The notes beneath the pieces are model-generated. The model was not told the DNA's origin and did no database searches. It saw only the letters and a program-made list of their open reading frames with translations. DNA of 64,000 bases from Eledone cirrhosa. Taxonomy: Eukaryota. Position numbers and translations under genes: made by a program. The DNA lies in NCBI GenBank assembly GCA_964016885.1, contig OZ024742.1, forward strand, positions 71,052,001-71,116,000, in the 5' to 3' direction. Shown here piece after piece: positions 49,624 to 64,000 of the stretch (position 1 is its first letter; the number at the start of each line of letters is the position of its first letter).

Positions 49624-51172
49624 AGCTAGCCCATTTATATATAGGTGGTACAATCAAGTTTGGCATAGCCTGGGTTAATACTGACCAAAACCCATATACA
49701 TGACATAACTTTGCTTTATTTACCAACTTAATCCTGTGTGATAAAATAAAATATTCAATATTTTGCATTAAAGTTTTCTAAAGTCATTTCATATTTTGTT
49801 TCAAGACGGTGTTCTCTAGTCAATATTATTAATTCTTAATGCCTTGTGCCACACTAGCAAGGCATTCTTTAAATGACATAGATTTCAAAAAGCTGGTACA
49901 ATGCAGTAGGAATATATAAAAGACAAAGGATGACAAATAAAACAATGTTTTATCCAATATATTTCAGGCTAATGGAAACGGTTCAAAACGAAAATGAACA
50001 ATCGGTGTGTTCCCTCAATGCTTAGAGCAGTTATAGTTGCCAATCTATTTTCCACCACATATGCTCCCACGCCTTTGATGAGACAGCCAGGAAAAGTGCA
50101 CCAGTTGTACATTCAGGCCCACCCCATGGATGACAGCAATTGTCTTCTCATTGAAATGCTGCAGCATCATGTTTCTTTGTCATTTTAAGTGTATTTGGTG
50201 AAAACTGTTTGTCACTACATCTGGGAGATGTCTTTTTAATTTTGGCTGTAGAGAAGGACAATCATGGTGAACAAAAACGTCTGTGGGAATCCTCTACTTA
50301 GGCAACTTCTGTTTCTGTAATTAATCCAGCTGGTGCTAATATTGACTTAGCACTATGTCAATTTAATTGACAGGCCTGTTAGATCATTACAGGATGTTAC
50401 AAGTTAAAACACGAGCTAGTGTTACTGAACATCGAAAGGCAAGAGGATATGAGTCAATTGAAGCTTAAACCCTTTTCTGACTGTGTTCCCAATGAAATGG
50501 GAGGGATTTACTAAAATTATTGCTCCATTAAGATGGTATGGTATTTGTATATAAAATTATACTATAGTGTTTCAATTTAAAAAAGAACTCTCTAAAATGA
50601 GTGGTTTTGTTTCATAGAACCATATGTTAAAAAGAGGCTTGCTAAAGAAAAGTGAACAAGGAGTAACTCTAGCAGACTGACTTCAATTACAACGGATTAA
50701 CCTCTCATGTGGTTGGGTTTCCCTAACCATACTGGAAGAGTTCAAAACTGTTAGGACAAGTTATCTCATCTATGGCAAGGAAGAGGCTAAGGTATGGTAT
50801 ATATTTGTGAAGCTGCAGGATGAATTGCTTACTGAAAAACTGATTGTGTCCACAAGACATTGGAAAGAACCTAAAACCATGTGGTTGGAAACTAAACTTT
50901 GTAAACAATCAACTAACATTACTTTCTCATTATTAAGCTAGTGTTTGGAACATACCTCTTTTCATGGACTCCAAAACTAGATATACAATCCATAGTTTTT
51001 CGTACACGAATTGATATTAGATACTTACGAACAAAAACTCATCACTAGATTTTATTTATGCCAGTAAAAGGAAAAAAATTGTTGCACTAAGTTAAAGCCA
51101 CAAATTTGAAAATATCAAAAACAAACAAAAAATTTATATTAATGCCATTTATTAAACTTTTTAAGATCCTGT

Positions 51173-51759
51173 TCACTCATCGAGAGTGGCTCTGGTATAG
51201 ATGATCTGTGAATGATGTTTGGATACCAGTTTAATAAGACCTAAAATAAAACAAAAAGGCCATGAATGTCTTGTATCACATTAGCTAGACAATCTTAAAA
51301 AGTACAGAACAGCACTTTGACTGTATCACATTAAAAAAGTATATAGTTCACTGCAAATTTTCACAATGATCTGTCCACCAGTAAACACACTTAAAAAATA
51401 TTTTCAGCTAAATTATCATGGGAGTATGGTCCAGCATTTATTAAAAAAATTATATATGGCTCCATTCATTGGACATCTCAGATAATACATTTATAAAATT
51501 TCTAGATCATTCCACCCATTAGTAAGCTACTATATTTAAAACACTAACTTACTTTATAAAGGATTTAAGTGCATGGTCAACCCTGACAGGTTTTGAACTA
51601 CCATATTTGTCAAAAACAAAAAACTTATTGCCTATCAGGTCATTTTAAATTTTGATGTATTAATAGTTATGAAATTGCATTGTCCCACACAATAGAAACC
51701 ATGTCAAGAATTGAAACATACAAGCAGTTCACCTCAATCTAATAACAAATAGGATTTGG

Positions 51760-51795
<36 letters not shown>

Positions 51796-54700
51796 ATGTT
51801 CAACAGTGTGTACATATTTTTTAAAAAAGTACTATCTTGCTGATATCTGCACCACATAAATACCCACCTGCCAGAAACTGATAAATAAGCTAATGCATTC
51901 AGATATTAATGGTATATAATAATTTTTATGCATGGGTTCCTGGAGCCATGTTAACTATTTCAAGGGTAAGAGGGTTGAAAAACACAGATGGCATATAAGA
52001 ATTAAATAATTTCTCGAAATACATGATAAAAGAAAGCTCATATTTTTCATTGAAATATACTGCCATGTTTCATTTAATAGGGAATTTGAAGAGGTTGTTC
52101 AAACTACATAAATCTAGTATTTCAGACGAAATTTTAATTTAATTTAGATACAGTTTTGTATCAAAACCAGAAGTGGGAGCAAAATGGATAAAGAATGTAT
52201 CACCATTTCACATCAATTTTCCAAGCTGTGTTAGATAGGTTTGTCACAATCTGAAACTAGATATGGTAGATGACCATGTCTTGCTAACTATTTTATCATG
52301 ACACCAGCACTACCACTTTGTTATTCGTCATTAAAGAGCAGTCTTTAGGAACACACCAGCAATCAATATTGCTGTGGTTTGTTATTTGGCTTTATAGAAT
52401 AGCTGTTTAATCTCCAATAAACTGAAGTTATAAGGGCGTATTTACCTAATTAATATCACTTCACTCAGTTTCCTTAGCTCTTATTTATAGTTATTATATT
52501 TAGATTGACAAAGCGTTGGACTTCAAGATGTTTACTGCTTTTTACGTTCTGAATTCAAATTTTACCACTCAACTTTGCCTTTCATTCTAATTGAGTCAAT
52601 AAAAATAAAGTACCATTATAATCAACTTTTCCCACCCTTCAAATTTCTTTGAATGAGTTTACTTTTGCAACAACCAGTTGGTTTTGAGTCTTCTGGTAAA
52701 GAATATTTCCAAAAGCCATCATCCAAAGCACACGCTCCCTAGCAAGAGAACCAAATAGTGTCCTCACCTAACCAGAAGAATTCAATAATTCCCACCTAAA
52801 ATCACTGATATCCAGTTAGAATTTAGACAGACTAATGATTTGCCTCCCCCCTTCTATACTACATATCCAAATCTTTGAAAATTTCTTTCACATAGTATAC
52901 TTTATAAACTGGCTTGCATTAGACATTATAAAGATGTACACTTCTATCTTGGAGGGCAACTCACCATAAAGACATTGTCAGCATAGGAATCAAATGGAAA
53001 TGATATTAGTAATAATCCTTGCTCTGTTATACAAAACAGGAATGAGAACCAAATAAATTTAAGCAATGAAATTGACAAAAAAAAAAAAAAAAAAAAAAAT
53101 CAAAGAAAAATACCTACCTAGACCCTCCAAATGTCGGATGGCAAGTTTTGCTAGTGAACCACGAATCTTCATTCTTTCACTAACCACTGATGGTGTGATA
53201 AGTTTATAACTTTGAACTTCTTTTATCATCTTATCAAAGGTGGCATGGTCAAAAAACACTAAATTATTTAACTTGTCCCTCACTTTTCCTTTCGACCACT
53301 TCTACAATGTAAAAATAAAACAAGAGTAAAATACTTTGATCAGTTCAATTGCAATTTCAATATTTAGAATTTATGTCTACTCCTTTTCTACATGTTGAGC
53401 AAGGTCAATTCTCTCCTGCTTATTAACAGTTTTTGCTAAGATTACTCCCAGCTTTTTGTGTCTATATAGACTACATAAACTGTATATTATATAACCATAT
53501 ATTGGTGAGAAATTGTTTGGCTTACATCAAATATTTAGTGGGGTTTCATGCAGCAGATGCCCACGGCTATCATCTCCACAGTATATATATATTACAATTT
53601 GTAATGCCACTATCTCTAATTCAATAGTTTCCATCCAACCTGGGAGTTAGGAAATTCAAAATTACAATTATTTACATTTCTCTCCACAGAACATTTGGGG
53701 CAGAAATCCATCAGAAAATTTGCTAGTAAAAAAAGGTTTAGAACCATTGCTGTAGCATAAGATGCAGCAGTCCAACTATGCATCACCGATAAGCTCTAGT
53801 AACGCCATTGCATTGGTAAAAATCCATATTTTCCAGTACATTCCATTTTAACTAGAATTTCAGGGTCTCCACTGCCCTACCAAAGGGTCTAATTCCAACT
53901 TATTGTTAGCACTCAGTGCTAACATTAACAACCTATCTATTTGGTTTGATAAATGATAAGTTAGTCTCCATATATCTTCACATATCATTTGTGTAATTAA
54001 GCACTTTTACAGGCCACGGTCAGTGGAGTTAATATAAAGGTAAAATATTGATATAAAAAACCATGTCCAACTTTTGTCAATGGAAAAATAAACTAAAAAA
54101 TGACAAGCAGTTTTTAGAATCAAACATTTACCTTCTTTTTGGCTTTGCCACCAGATCCTCCTTCCTTCTTTTTCTTCTCGGGCTGTTTCCCTCCTTTTCC
54201 TCCCTTACTATCTGGCTTCTTGGGTGGCTAGAAAAACAAAAAAAACATATCCAGATGAAACAATTCAAAAGAAGCACTACCACACAAAACTAACAAAATT
54301 TTCCCCTATAATTTCTTGCAATTTGTTTCATGGAAATTACAATTCTCATATCTAGGAAAATAAAAATTTTAAATATATTATATATTTTTCACCTTTTGCT
54401 AAAAATTGAAGTATACAAGTAATTTTTTCATTTTCTTTACAATATAGCTTCATAAACGGTATACTTATAATAAAGTATATATCATGTACAAATATGTATG
54501 TGTGTGTGTGTGAGTGTGTATATACCATCATAATTTTGCATCTGCTGGGCTCAATCATCACCCATGCACCACATTACATGTCCATACCAGCATACATCTG
54601 ATTCTTCCAATATCTTGTTTCTCAATTCATCCATGCTTTAGCGTTCACACACATTAACATTGCACATTAATTGAAGCAAGTTTGCTCCATTTCTCTCCAG

Positions 54701-57590
54701 CCTCTGCATTCACTGCCCATGTCACCACCATGCAACATCACATAGATGAACTTTCATTCATAGGGAACTTTTTGTTGTCAACACACGTAGTAGCTCCCTA
54801 AACTCATTTCATCCTGCTCTTGGAGCACCCTCCACTAAGGCAACAAATACTATCAACCAATTTTATGGATCATACCTGAAATTGGAAAAGTTTTATATCA
54901 CTGGCCATCTTACTATAAACTGTCCCTGAACATCTACTTCATATAAAGTCCTTCTTTCCCCGATAGTCTGCCTACTATCCCACCACACCTTTCGTGTACA
55001 TCATATAGAATTTATGCCTACACTTTTTTCTACATAAGAGCTTGGATGGAATCAGGACCCTGTCTTCTCTCCTGCTTAGTTTTTGTTAAGTTTACTCCCA
55101 CCTTTTTGTGTCTTCATAAACTGCATATTTATAAAGTTTATATATAGTGACCAAGTAACTGATAAAGGTAATGTGTTGTCTACAGTGAGTTACACTACCT
55201 TTCAAGATATTCTTTAAAAGTACTAAACTGCACTATGACTGAATCACATTAAACATGTAAATTAATGCAAATTTTTAAAACAATCCACTAGTAAAGATAC
55301 TATAAACATTTGAAATAAATCTGTTTCTAGATATTTTCTGTTAAATCAATACAAGGTGTAGACGAAATAAGCACCCATCGCAGATATTTTTGTTTTGGAA
55401 AACAATGTTACCAGGAGCTTGCACCACTTGATGAAAGTTTACTTATGGAATTGATCGAGTAACGCCGCAGTAGCCGGCGAAATTTCCTGTCTAAATGGTA
55501 AACAGATTATCTTATACGACTCCTAGCTGTTTCGTGCTGTACAGCTAACATATGCCGATGCACGGCAATAACTATACATTGATATAGGAAGAAAAAAATA
55601 TTGGTACTTTCATTTCGACGTTTAAAAGTTATTCAAGTACTTATATCTGGCACATGGCTTAGTGGTTAGAGCATTGGGCTTGCAATCGAAAAGTTATATG
55701 AGTTCAATTCTCAGACCGGGTGATGTGTTGTTTCCTTGAGCAAGACACTTTATTTCACATTGCTCCATATTATTCAGCTGTAGAAATGAGATGATAGGAC
55801 TGAGGTCCCTATCATTCCACTGCAAAAAAGCACCCGACCCACATTGTAAAATGTTCCTAAGTTTATGTTCACATCAGTTTAATAATGAGAAAGTTATTTC
55901 CTTCCGAATACAAAATGGATTTCTTTTTAAATACTACTCTAGCATCTTTATAATAGCCACATTATCGTTATCTATAATTAACTATGTACGTAATCGTTAA
56001 GATTTTGTTTACCTATAATTTTCCAAATTAATATTTTTAATAAATTTAGGAAACGTTTTCAAAAGGGTTGTTACACTTTGCGTAAGTAAAATGCTACAGA
56101 TAACAGTAATGAGTTTCTTATAAAAATATATCGAAGGGGTGCTTATACACATACATAAACCCAATAACACCAGTAAGTTTTTTACTTGTTTTTCGACCTA
56201 AAATAAGATTTAACCGAAAATCTGACAACTTGAAATAAAATTCCGAGTTTATGTTGAAGCGACAACAAATACAGATCGAAAATATTCAGTTAAGAACATT
56301 AACGAGGTTCTATTTTTAATTTGCACGTAGGAGGGTATCGGTGGTGCAAGAATCTGGTACTTTACATATTTTAAAACATTGTGTATAAATATATTGCAAC
56401 TCCTGGTAATTTCCGTGAGTGAGAATTGAATGATCGTGGCGAAGGGAAGAGACGTGTAGTATTAATGGGGCGTCTAACTCGGTATTTCTCAACCTTTTCA
56501 CCTTTGAAACCCTTTTTGTCTCAGAGAACCCTTGCATAAAAATTATATACCATTATTATTATTTGGCAGTATCAATAGAGAGTCGGACGCCATGCTTTCC
56601 AGCATAGTTACGGTCCGAGTTCAAATCCCGCCGAGGTCGGGGTCGATAAAATAAAGTACCAGTAATGCACTGTGATAATTGCTGGCCTTGTGCCAAAAGT
56701 AGAAACAATTATTATTATCTAACTTTTATATTTTTAACGTAGTTCACACGGTAAGCATAATACATTTTTTTTTTTCTCGGATAACTAGTTTAAGAAAAAA
56801 ACCCAGACCCCTTTTGTTTTAAAATTACGAATATTAAATTAAACAAAAATGCACTAGTTTATCAGTTTCTCGCGAAACCACTAGGGTTCCGGGGGAAAAC
56901 TGGTTGAGAAACGTCGGTAGAGGATAGGAGAGTAATCTAAACCTTCTATATAGATATTTTGCAGAAATACAATTTCGAGGCTGTCGAAGATTACCATTAC
57001 GTTGGGTTTATTATTTTTTTTTTGTCATTTTTCACTCACGGAGTTGTTTGTGATCTTAAAACTAATGATTACATTATAAAAATAGATAGAAATAATAACA
57101 GATTAGAGTAGTTCACGAAGAACGTGTCATTTATGTTGAATTAATTGGATTGAAAATTGCAGTATTTCAATGGTTCTAAAAATGTCGATGAAAGGAAAAA
57201 ATACCACGTGAACAGACAAGACGGAGAACACATTTTGGTTAATAAATTTCAATAATGTACCAGTTAATGTCGGGCTTATTTCCTAATTGCTGGTTAAATA
57301 AAATTTGTACACAATTTGTACTTTGATATATATGTGTAAAGTTTGATTTCGAAAAATTAAGTTCAATTAAAAACTTCCTTTGAGTAACCTGCCATGTTGA
57401 TCAAATATAGACTTAGTAGGATAATTTATAACTGATTAATTAACAGCTATTATCTATTATAATCAATAAAAAAAATTAAATATCATAAATAATGTGACTG
57501 ATTAAATTATAATATATTGCGAAGTGGTGAAAATTGAAGTATTAGCAACAAAAAGAAATGAAAAAAAGTAGAAGGCATATTACATACCAT
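51173..57590 (-). CDS. RPS25: 40S ribosomal protein S25 (eS25), complete
   Basis: Exons 57590-57588 (ATG only), 54227-54132 ([32 protein letters not shown]), 53301-53118 ([61 protein letters not shown]) and 51240-51173 ([22 protein letters not shown]). Minus-strand polyA signal at 51153-51148. Confidence 0.97.
56480..56917. mobile_element. hAT-like MITE interrupted by a tRNA-SINE (56563-56712) in RPS25 intron 1
   Basis: Ends CGGTATTTCTCAACC ... GGTTGAGAAACGTCG. The internal SINE starts TGGCAGTATCAATAGAG and ends GTAGAAACAATTATTATT. Confidence 0.6.
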
Positions 57591-57609
57591 CTTGGTAGGA
57601 CACGAGGTT

Positions 57610-57680
57610 CTACTAGAAAGAAGGACTTTAGTACGCCTGCGCTGCAAAGTTGCCCGGATATATGAGGTCGCTTACGATTA
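57610..57680 (-). promoter_or_regulatory. 5'TOP/TCT initiator and core promoter of RPS25
   Basis: The minus strand reads CCTTCTTTCT (57624-57615) about 25-35 nt upstream of the ATG-only exon, the typical ribosomal-protein TCT/5'TOP start. A CpG-containing segment lies just upstream. Confidence 0.7.
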
Positions 57681-57939
57681 TTAAAATGTATTAAGATTCG
57701 CGATAAAAATATTTATTTAAATTTTTTAATTGTAAAAACAACATGCACAACAATATTTATTAATATGATATATATATATATATCAGGATTAAACTATTTA
57801 GACCATTATTTAACAGAATACTCGATACTTGGGATAGAAAGAGTCGCTGCCCAACGGCTGAGCTCTTGCCTTTTCGACTATATTTTGTGATATATATATA
57901 TATATGATTATGCGCACACACATACACACATATATATAT

Positions 57940-58395
57940 ATATCATCATCATCGTTTAACGTCCATTTTATACGCTGGCATGGGTTAGACGGGTTGTCCC
58001 GTCTGAGGCAAGTCGGGTCAGGTGACTGTCTTGCTCATACAGAATTGTTTTATAATGTGTGCTGGGTGTTTTTTTATCATGACACCTACACGATCACTTT
58101 GCAGTGTGGGCTGGGCGCTTTTTGTTGTGACACACCACCACTTTACAGTGTGAACTGGGTGATTTTTGTCATGACACCAACAGGACCACCTTTTTGTGTA
58201 GACTGAGGACTGGGGCAAGGGTGTAAAGACATATGAGAAGGGTGGGGTGTTATGACGTGGGAAGTGTATTGAAGGGGAGTGAGGATAGTGGTTATGAGGT
58301 GCATACGAGATGTATGATTCAGTCCATGTGCATGAGAAGGCTGGTCTTCTGTATTACTGCATAACGCTAAAGATCTCGATCCTGTGTCATTGTCT
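57940..58395 (-). mobile_element. RTE 3' tail copy
   Basis: (CAT)n start and CGTTTAACGTCC...GGGTTAGACGGG block; similar to 7330-7735. Confidence 0.7.
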
Positions 58396-60088
<1,693 letters not shown>

Positions 60089-60250
60089 CTATATAACTGC
60101 TCTATAGAACAACTGATGTTATTACATTGAGCTGTTTATCTTACTGGTAATAAGGTAGTAATAAATTACTGTCTTTCACTGTTTAGGGTTTAAAATATAT
60201 ATAACTATAAAAAGTTTTAGTATATACATAACCATAAATAGTATCCTTAA

Positions 60251-60296
<46 letters not shown>

Positions 60297-60298
<2 letters not shown>

Positions 60299-61146
60299 TC
60301 CTGATTGTATGATGCTTGTATACGAACAGCAATACTACATGGCAGTGAGACATGGGCATTACGTGCAGAGGACCTGCGCAGGCTGGAAAGGAACGAAGCA
60401 TGCATGCTCCGTTCGATGTGTAATAGTAATATACGTGAACGGCAAAGCATAAATGAACTAAGTGAGAAATTAGGAATAAGAGGGGTCAGATGCTGTTTAC
60501 TTGAGAGAAGACTACGTTGGTATGGCCACGTGATGCGCATGAAAGACGACAGCTGTATAAAAAAGTGCAGGGCGATCAAAATTGATAGTAGTTACGGAGT
60601 AGGTAGACCCAGAAAAACCTGGGACGATCTGATAAATTCCGACCTTACACACTTGCACCTCTCTAAGACAATGTCACTGGACCGAGATCTTTGGCGCTAC
60701 GCAGTAATACAGAAGACCCGCCTTGCCTATGTACAAAGCGAAACCTACAGTCAGTAGGCACCTCTTAACCAAATATACACCCCAATCCACTACCCCTACC
60801 CTATCCTCCCACTCCCACCAACACCACCCTCTCTCTGTAAAGTTGGTACCACAACATCCAGTCCAAATAAATGAGGTCGAGATCGTGTAGGTGTCACGAG
60901 AAAAAAACACACAGTCCACGCTGTAATGTGGTCGTGTAGGTAACACGGTAAAAAGTTCCCAGTTCCACACTGTAAATGTGATTGGTGTTAGGAAGGGCAT
61001 CCAGCCGTAGAAAACCTGCCAGAAACAGTTCTATATGACCGAGACACGGTCACCCGACTAACCTTGCCTCAAGTGGGACAACTCCCGTCTAACCCATGCT
61101 AGCGTGGAAAATGGACGTTAAATGAAGATGATGATGATGATGATGA

Positions 61147-61150
<4 letters not shown>
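60297..61150 (+). mobile_element. RTE-clade LINE, 5'-truncated, best-preserved copy
   Basis: The 150-aa open frame YDACIRTAILHGSETWAL...MLRSMC...RRLRWYGHVMRM...GRPRKTW...DRDLWR is followed by the repetitive 3'UTR and a (GAT)n tail. (TA)n arrays flank both sides. Confidence 0.88.
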
Positions 61151-61210
<60 letters not shown>

Positions 61211-61215
<5 letters not shown>

Positions 61216-61641
61216 GTTATCAAAAATTTCACGGACTAGTTATATTTAAAAAATATATATATATCTACCTAAGATTTAACATCATCTCCTTTGAAATAGT
61301 CACCTTGTGCAGCAATGCACCGATCCCACCATTCCTGCCACTTTTGGAACCTGGCCTGGAAGTTGTGATCCGTAAGCAAGTCAAGGACCTGCTGCAATTT
61401 GCTCTGGATCTTGGCAATTGTGTTAAAACGGTGACTTTGAGCTGTGTTTCAGCTTGGAGAGGAGATGGAAGTCTGCAGGTGTTAAATCTGGTGAATAGGG
61501 CAGGTGCAGAAGCGATACAATGTTGTTTTTGGCGAAAAACTGACATGTGAGGAGAGCTCGGTGACAGGATGCATTGTCGTCGTGAAGAATCCAATTCCAC
61601 TGCAGTAGAGCTTCATCCACCTCCCTGTGGAAGTAGTTCAT
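61211..61641 (-). mobile_element. Mariner transposase C-terminal remnant with TIR
   Basis: WILHDDNASCH...LLHLPYSPDLTPADFHLLSKLK (YSPDL motif). TIR-like AGGTGTTATCAAAAATTTCACGGACT next to a TA array. Confidence 0.85.
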
Positions 61642-62824
61642 GTTGGAAAAGAGAGGATGTTATCTATCAGAGGGAAGCAAATGTGGATGGAGGAGAGAAA
61701 CAGGGAGGAAACAGAAACGAGCATTTACACAAACCCAGCTCTCCCGTTTCCCTGAAAAAATAGTTTGGGCAACACAGCCTGGTCCCAGAGCTCTGGAGAA
61801 AGTTTGACATTGATCAAACATTGCAGAAATTATGAGTCTACACGAGGGACTGAGCATATATAATAAAATAGGAATTGATAGGTAATTCCTAAGTATAAGA
61901 AAACCTTGATGAGGCTCAAATGCCTCCCTGACTTTGAGTAGTTGCTCAATGTTTCCAACTTCAAAGGTTGAACCAATTTCTATTTTTTCTGATAATCATA
62001 TTTATGAATTCAACCATTCCATACTAAAAGTAGAAACCATAGTCCAGGTGATAGAGAATTTATTGGTAAGAAGTTTCAAATTTCCTTAACCCTTTGGTAT
62101 TTAAACTGGCCATATCCGGCCAGAATTCTGTCACCTCTTTCTGTTCAAACTGGCCATAACCAGCCACACATACTGATGTTAAGTTATTGTTCTCAAAATA
62201 AATAATATCAAAATCTCATAAATTCGATATTATGTAAAGACGTTCATATACCAAATTAATATCTACCAACATAATTTGGTATATGAATGTCTTGTTAACT
62301 TGTTACTAACATAATCTTAATAATAAATAATTAATAATTTTAGTAAACGCCTCCAAATTCTTCATGAATTAATTTAAATACTGCATATTTCATTATAATT
62401 ATGATCAAGAAGGAGTTAATGGAGAAATAAGGGTACTGAGGATAGAGAAGTTCTGGTCTCTTGTGTAATGTTAGGGTAGAGAGGGGGATATTCAGTAGTG
62501 AGTTGTAAATATAAACAAATACGATCATGTATCTTATAAGAGGAAATGTTATTTCTAATGAAGTAGTTATATGAATCCAGGCCTGTTGCCAAGCCTTGCA
62601 GGGTCCTGCAGAACATTCTGGGTGGAGCACAATAATTCTAATGTGGAGTTTGGGAATAAATATATCACAGTAATTTTTTCTAAATCTGAAAGTATCAACT
62701 GAAAAGCGTGTGTATGTGTTGTAAATGCGGTGATACAAGCCCCCCACTCAGCAACTAGCCCATATGAATTACATTTAATCTGGTAAAGATTTGAGGTTCT
62801 AAGAGTAAATTCCATGTTCTGTTG

Positions 62825-63100
62825 ACCAATGAACAAGATGGCAATAACGTTATAACGAAGGATATCCAGTCATATCTGCCATTCCACCTCACAGGGCTCC
62901 TTCACGTACAACACCTTTATTTCCATTTGTTGAATGAAGGTGGCAATCTGACAATCAAGAACATTAGATGTCTCAACAGCAAAAAATCGAATCTGTGTAG
63001 TAATAACTGGTACTTATTAATGATCTGTCACTTCAAGGTTTATGGTTGAAATGATAAGGTTGATACCAGAGAATGTGTCACAGCACATGGCATTCCTCAT
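62825..63100 (-). mobile_element. Highly degraded CRE-like RLE remnant
   Basis: The minus strand reads NAMCCDTFSG...KYQLLLHRFDFFAVET, matching the WD.TC.DT...KY..L...F.PFAVET RLE pattern. Confidence 0.5.
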
Positions 63101-63545
63101 AAGCTATTTACATATCTTGAATTTAATTATATGACACTTTATATTCTTCAGGTACAATTTGTTGGGGGAGTGGAGAATGTTTCTGTGTATATTTGGCTGT
63201 ATCAATGTATCTGCCTCACCGTCCTAGGGGCAAAATTTTCTCCATTCTGTCAGCTGAGAAACGAAGTGGCCTGCACACGGGCTCACACACACCACAGAAT
63301 GCTCATCCACACCACTCAGGGCCCATATTATTGAAGATAACGATGTTATGGCAGTATTAAAAACATTTTTCCTTTCTTTTTTTAAATTTCATGAGAAACA
63401 TTTAAAAAGAGTTACTGCCCTTTACGGTCTGAGTTCAAATCTTGCCGAGATTAATTTTGCCTTTCATCCTTACGAGGTTGAAAAAATAAAGCACCAGTAA
63501 TACACTGGAATAATTGCTGGCCTTGTGCCAAAAGTAGAAACAATT

Positions 63546-64000
63546 ATTAAAAGACACCCACACCGATTTCGGTAGAAAATAACTTTTTTCATCGTTTTTT
63601 TTTTAATGTGCTATCAATTAAAATTTCCTCCTAATATTGCCCTAAGGACTTTTTCCTCGGAAAAGGAAGGGCGGACATTCGGACATTTCACCCACCCCCA
63701 ATCAAGTTTTTTGCACCATTTCATTTTCCATCCTTCAAAGGATTTTTTTCTTGGAAAACGAAGAGCGAAGAGAGGTGTTCGGACCTGCCCTTTCTCGGAG
63801 TTTCCTTTACGCCCTAACCCTAACTCAACCTCCCAGGGAGGGTGTGTATGTGCGAAACGTTCGGGTGTATATTCTCCGTTTTCGGGGGGGGGGGAGTCCT
63901 TAGAAGGTAAGTTTAATTGATAGTGCACAAAAAAAGAAAAAAGAAAACGATGAAAAAAATAATTTCCCTCTGAAATAGGTGGGTGTGTCTTTCTATAATA
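63546..64000. mobile_element. MITE-like element with long imperfect TIRs
   Basis: AAAGACACCCACACCGATTTC...TTTTTTCATCGTTTT...CTATCAATTAAA (63549-63622) mirrors TTTAATTGATAG...AAAACGATGAAAAAA...GAAATAGGTGGGTGTGTCTTT (63912-63992). Confidence 0.6.

Noticed and set aside
49621-49632. Selenocysteine or stop-codon readthrough at the MTHFD1 TGA
   Set aside because: An in-frame TAG follows two codons later and no SECIS-like element is evident.
55650-55720. tRNA gene (A- and B-box-like motifs), also at 11492, 23885 and 56563
   Set aside because: No complete cloverleaf, and each runs into a shared repeat body, so these are SINE heads.
55408-56410. Short inverted match (TTACCAGGAGCTTGCACCAC vs GTGGTGCAAG...CTGGTA) about 900 bp apart
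   Set aside because: The match is too short and interrupted to define TIRs or a structure with confidence.
51241-57587. Intronic snoRNAs in RPS25
   Set aside because: I found no convincing C/D box pair with a terminal stem or H/ACA double hairpin by eye. A snoscan/snoGPS or Infernal search would be needed.
62340-62836. Minus-strand ORFs of 135 and 89 aa as a possible fifth gene or synthetase exons
   Set aside because: No recognisable domain or splice pattern, wrong strand for MTHFD1, and they lie downstream of a degraded CRE remnant.

Overview
AT-rich, repeat-dense eukaryotic (animal) genomic DNA. The tRNA-derived and CORE-like SINEs, RTE tails and (TA)n load resemble coleoid cephalopod (octopus-like) genomes; that assignment is an inference. 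Four spliced protein-coding genes can be rebuilt by hand with canonical GT-AG junctions and consistent phase: the last four exons of TOMM70 (+, 1583-5671), complete MRPL40 (-, 19193-8488), a 9-exon MTHFD1-type dehydrogenase/cyclohydrolase gene that stops after 299 aa and lacks the formyl-THF synthetase domain (+, 33107-49623), and complete RPS25 (-, 57590-51173) with a 5'TOP start. Most short ORFs in the supplied track are spurious or transposon remnants (CR1-like and RTE LINEs, CRE-like RLE retroposons, Helitron, mariner, piggyBac, MITEs, SINEs). The most notable points are the stand-alone FolD-sized MTHFD1, several near-perfect fold-back palindromes (two abutting (TA)n arrays), a uORF/hairpin-containing 5' leader of MRPL40, inverted RTE tails bracketing MTHFD1 exons 2-6, and two CRE fragments truncated at the same base beside Helitron remnants. 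No CRISPR array, rRNA or intact tRNA gene was found.
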